Source: Synechococcus sp.
GTDB taxonomy: Bacteria; Cyanobacteriota; Cyanobacteriia; Thermostichales; PCC-7336
Reading direction: 5' to 3'
Assembly: GCA_051439605.1 (NCBI GenBank)
Contig: JBFRWN010000032.1
Span: 64,001 to 128,000 of the forward strand
DNA length: 64,000 nucleotides
Shown in pieces: positions 62,005 to 64,000 of the stretch. Below the pieces are notes generated by a model. That model was not told where the DNA came from. It did not search any database and worked only from the letters and a program-made list of their open reading frames with translations. Position 1 is the stretch's first letter, and the number at the start of each line of letters is the position of its first letter. Both the position numbers and the translations under genes were made by a program.

Positions 62005-62391
62005 ATGTCCCCGATGCGCTCCGAAGAGTTAGCAAGCCGTTCTGGTCGATCGTTCGATCTGGTGCGATTTTTGGGTGCTAAATTGTGGCGGGAAGCCGAG
62101 CAAGAAGCGCTCTCGAATGCATCCGCTTCGACGAACTGGATCGACAAACGGTATTGGGAAGATCGCTTTAAGGAAGCATTTTCCAAATGCGAACAATACG
62201 ACATCCCGGAAGAAGATTTAAAGATTTGCACTCCCGATCGGTTTTGGATGAACGTAGAACATTTAGCCCACAACAAGCTACACGAGAACCTGTCGAACGA
62301 CGAATGGGGCTATTGGGCTTCCATTTTGGCAAAGGCCGCTGTGGCTATCTCGGAAGTCGAGAGTTCTCGTGCCAGTCAGACCTTCCATTAG
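62005..62391 (+). CDS. Hypothetical protein (acidic, Trp-rich)
   Basis: 128-aa ORF with GGAGAG upstream; converges on larE with a 12-nt gap. Confidence 0.65.
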   Translation: MSPMRSEELASRSGRSFDLVRFLGAKLWREAEQEALSNASASTNWIDKRYWEDRFKEAFSKCEQYDIPEEDLKICTPDRFWMNVEHLAHNKLHENLSNDEWGYWASILAKAAVAISEVESSRASQTFH

Positions 62392-62403
62392 AAATTGCTG
62401 CGG

Positions 62404-63330
62404 TCATATTACCTGGGGAGGCTCAGTCGTGGTGGAAGACTGATTGCTGTACTGCTGACGTTCTTGGCTGGATAGTACTTGATTGAGCTTGCCGCTGCGA
62501 TACCCTTCAAGATCTAATGAAACGTAAGTAAAACCAGCCTCCTGAAACGCATTGACTAATGCCGCAAGGTCGGTGGAAGAGGTAAATTCTGCAATGCGAT
62601 CGGGGGCTAATTCGATGCGGGCAGTGTCCTGTTCGGAGCGGACTCGCACCTGCCGCCAGCCCAGATTACGCAGGTAGCGTTCCCCAGCGGCCACCCGAGC
62701 TAACTTCTCGACCGTAATCGATTCTCCATAGGGGAACCGGGAGCTGAGGCAGGGCTGCGCTGGCTTATCCCACCAGGGCAATCCCAATGCTCGGGAAAGC
62801 TGTCTTACCTCTAACTTCGTAATCCCCACCTCAGCCAGCGGCGATCGCGCCCCTCGCTCTTTGGCCGCCTGCACCCCCGGGCGATAATCCAATAAATCGT
62901 CGGCATTGACTCCATCGACCACATAGGGATAGCCCCGCTCTTTGCCCAATGGCTTTAAAGTGTCGTGTAATTCGCTTTTGCAAAAGTAGCAACGATTGAC
63001 GGGATTACTCGCATAGTTCGGATTCTCCATCTCGTGGGTTTGCACCATTTCATGATCGAACCCAATATGAGCTGCCTGTGCGATCGCCTCATCCAAATCT
63101 TCTGGCATCAGGGATGGGGAAACCGCCGTCACAGCTAGCAACTTAGTCCCCAGAACATCCCACGCCACCTTGGCTACCAACGTGCTGTCAATACCACCGG
63201 AGTAGGCCACCAATCCGCAGTCCATCTCCGCAATAATCTGCCGCAGGCGATCGTATTTCTGTTGCAGCTGCGGCTCTATTGAAATCTCGAATTGAGCAGC
63301 AACATGTCCTGGGACAGAAGAAGCAGTCAT
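62404..63330 (-). CDS. larE: ATP-dependent sacrificial sulfur transferase LarE-like (PP-loop)
   Basis: VAYSGGIDS, NRCYFCK.EL, DG.NADD..DYRPG, WDKP.QPCLSSRFPYG, DL.GYRSG. Confidence 0.88.
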   Translation of the reverse strand: MTASSVPGHVAAQFEISIEPQLQQKYDRLRQIIAEMDCGLVAYSGGIDSTLVAKVAWDVLGTKLLAVTAVSPSLMPEDLDEAIAQAAHIGFDHEMVQTHEMENPNYASNPVNRCYFCKSELHDTLKPLGKERGYPYVVDGVNADDLLDYRPGVQAAKERGARSPLAEVGITKLEVRQLSRALGLPWWDKPAQPCLSSRFPYGESITVEKLARVAAGERYLRNLGWRQVRVRSEQDTARIELAPDRIAEFTSSTDLAALVNAFQEAGFTYVSLDLEGYRSGKLNQVLSSQERQQYSNQSSTTTEPPQVI

Positions 63331-63478
63331 GAAACCGTTGGGGGCTAGAGGGAACAAGAAAGAGGTGGGAGTGAAGGATGTGGGAAAAATGGGGACCGAA
63401 AGAGAGGATGTTATCCCCAGGAAGTAACAATAAACTCACTGTAACTGCTTTGAATATGTCAATTGGGTAGCAAATTTG

Positions 63479-64000
63479 ATGGCATACGTAAATTCTCTGC
63501 TGGCGATCGCCGAGCCGGAACTATTGGAATCCAGTGCCCGTATAGCAGTGGAAAACGGGATTGAACGGTTTGTATTGGTGTTGACGGTGTCGCTGGCGGT
63601 GGCGACGATTTCAAGATTTAGTAGTTGGTTGCGTCAAGTACCCTACACCTTGCTGTTAGTAGTTGTTGGCTTAGGGCTGGCTTTTTTAGATGTCCGCTTG
63701 ATCGATCTGTCTCCTGAGTTAATTTTGCTCATTTTTTTGCCCCCGCTGCTGTTCGAGGCCGCCTGGAATTTGGAATGGAAACGACTTCAGCAGGATTGGG
63801 TGCCCATTGTCCTCTATGCCATTTTAGGAGTTGCGATCTCGGTGGTGGGGATCGGATACGGCCTCAATCGCTGGGGGGGGCTATCGCTGCCGATTGCTCT
63901 ATTGATTGGGGCTAGCTTATCGGCCACCGACCCAGTATCGGTAATTGCGCTGTTTCGAGAATTAGGGGCTAGCAAGCGGTTGACGTTGCTGATGGAAGGA
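63479..64000 (+). CDS. Na+/H+ antiporter (CPA1/NhaP family), 5' part; runs off the right edge
   Basis: Hand translation: MAYVNSLLAIAEPELL...RQVPYTLLLVVVGLGLA...LSPELILLIFLPPLLFEAAWNL...GASLSATDPVSVIALFRELGASKRLTLLMEG. Confidence 0.9.
   Translation, partial: MAYVNSLLAIAEPELLESSARIAVENGIERFVLVLTVSLAVATISRFSSWLRQVPYTLLLVVVGLGLAFLDVRLIDLSPELILLIFLPPLLFEAAWNLEWKRLQQDWVPIVLYAILGVAISVVGIGYGLNRWGGLSLPIALLIGASLSATDPVSVIALFRELGASKRLTLLMEG

Noticed and set aside
62404..63330. LarE as evidence of a nickel-pincer cofactor operon
   Set aside because: No larA/larB/larC nearby; stand-alone larE-like genes are common in cyanobacteria.

Overview
This window is cyanobacterial chromosomal DNA: HIP1 octamers (GCGATCGC) are frequent, and it carries ndhF1/ndhD1, ycf36-like, DUF3038/DUF4335-like and pentapeptide-repeat genes. 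Most of it is housekeeping: fusA paralog, purA, cobM, sbcD, pheS, bcp, tgt, fabD, ribF, hisD, tal, larE-like, tRNA-Met(CAT) and a probable 6S RNA. The standout is the first ~5.2 kb, an apparent heme-based redox module that is unusual for a cyanobacterium. It holds a ResB/Ccs1-like cytochrome c maturation gene (minus strand, cut by the window edge, absent from the ORF track). Divergent from that run a membrane-tailed globin, two exported multiheme c cytochromes (4 CXXCH plus one atypical CX4CH, and 6 CXXCH), a DUF3365-like monoheme lipoprotein, a bis-His diheme-b-type membrane protein and a CXXC thioredoxin. A perfect NtcA-type box lies in the divergent promoter. A second accessory region (~13.3-19.9 kb) is AT-richer and HIP1-poor, and encodes a PAS/GAF kinase, an orphan amino-acid binding lipoprotein, a heme-oxygenase-like diiron enzyme and an EamA exporter. 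Smaller items are an integrase remnant beside tRNA-Met, a frameshifted antiporter remnant, and a 19-bp duplication at the hisD start that creates a His-rich overlapping uORF. All calls come from motifs read by eye; no database searches were run.
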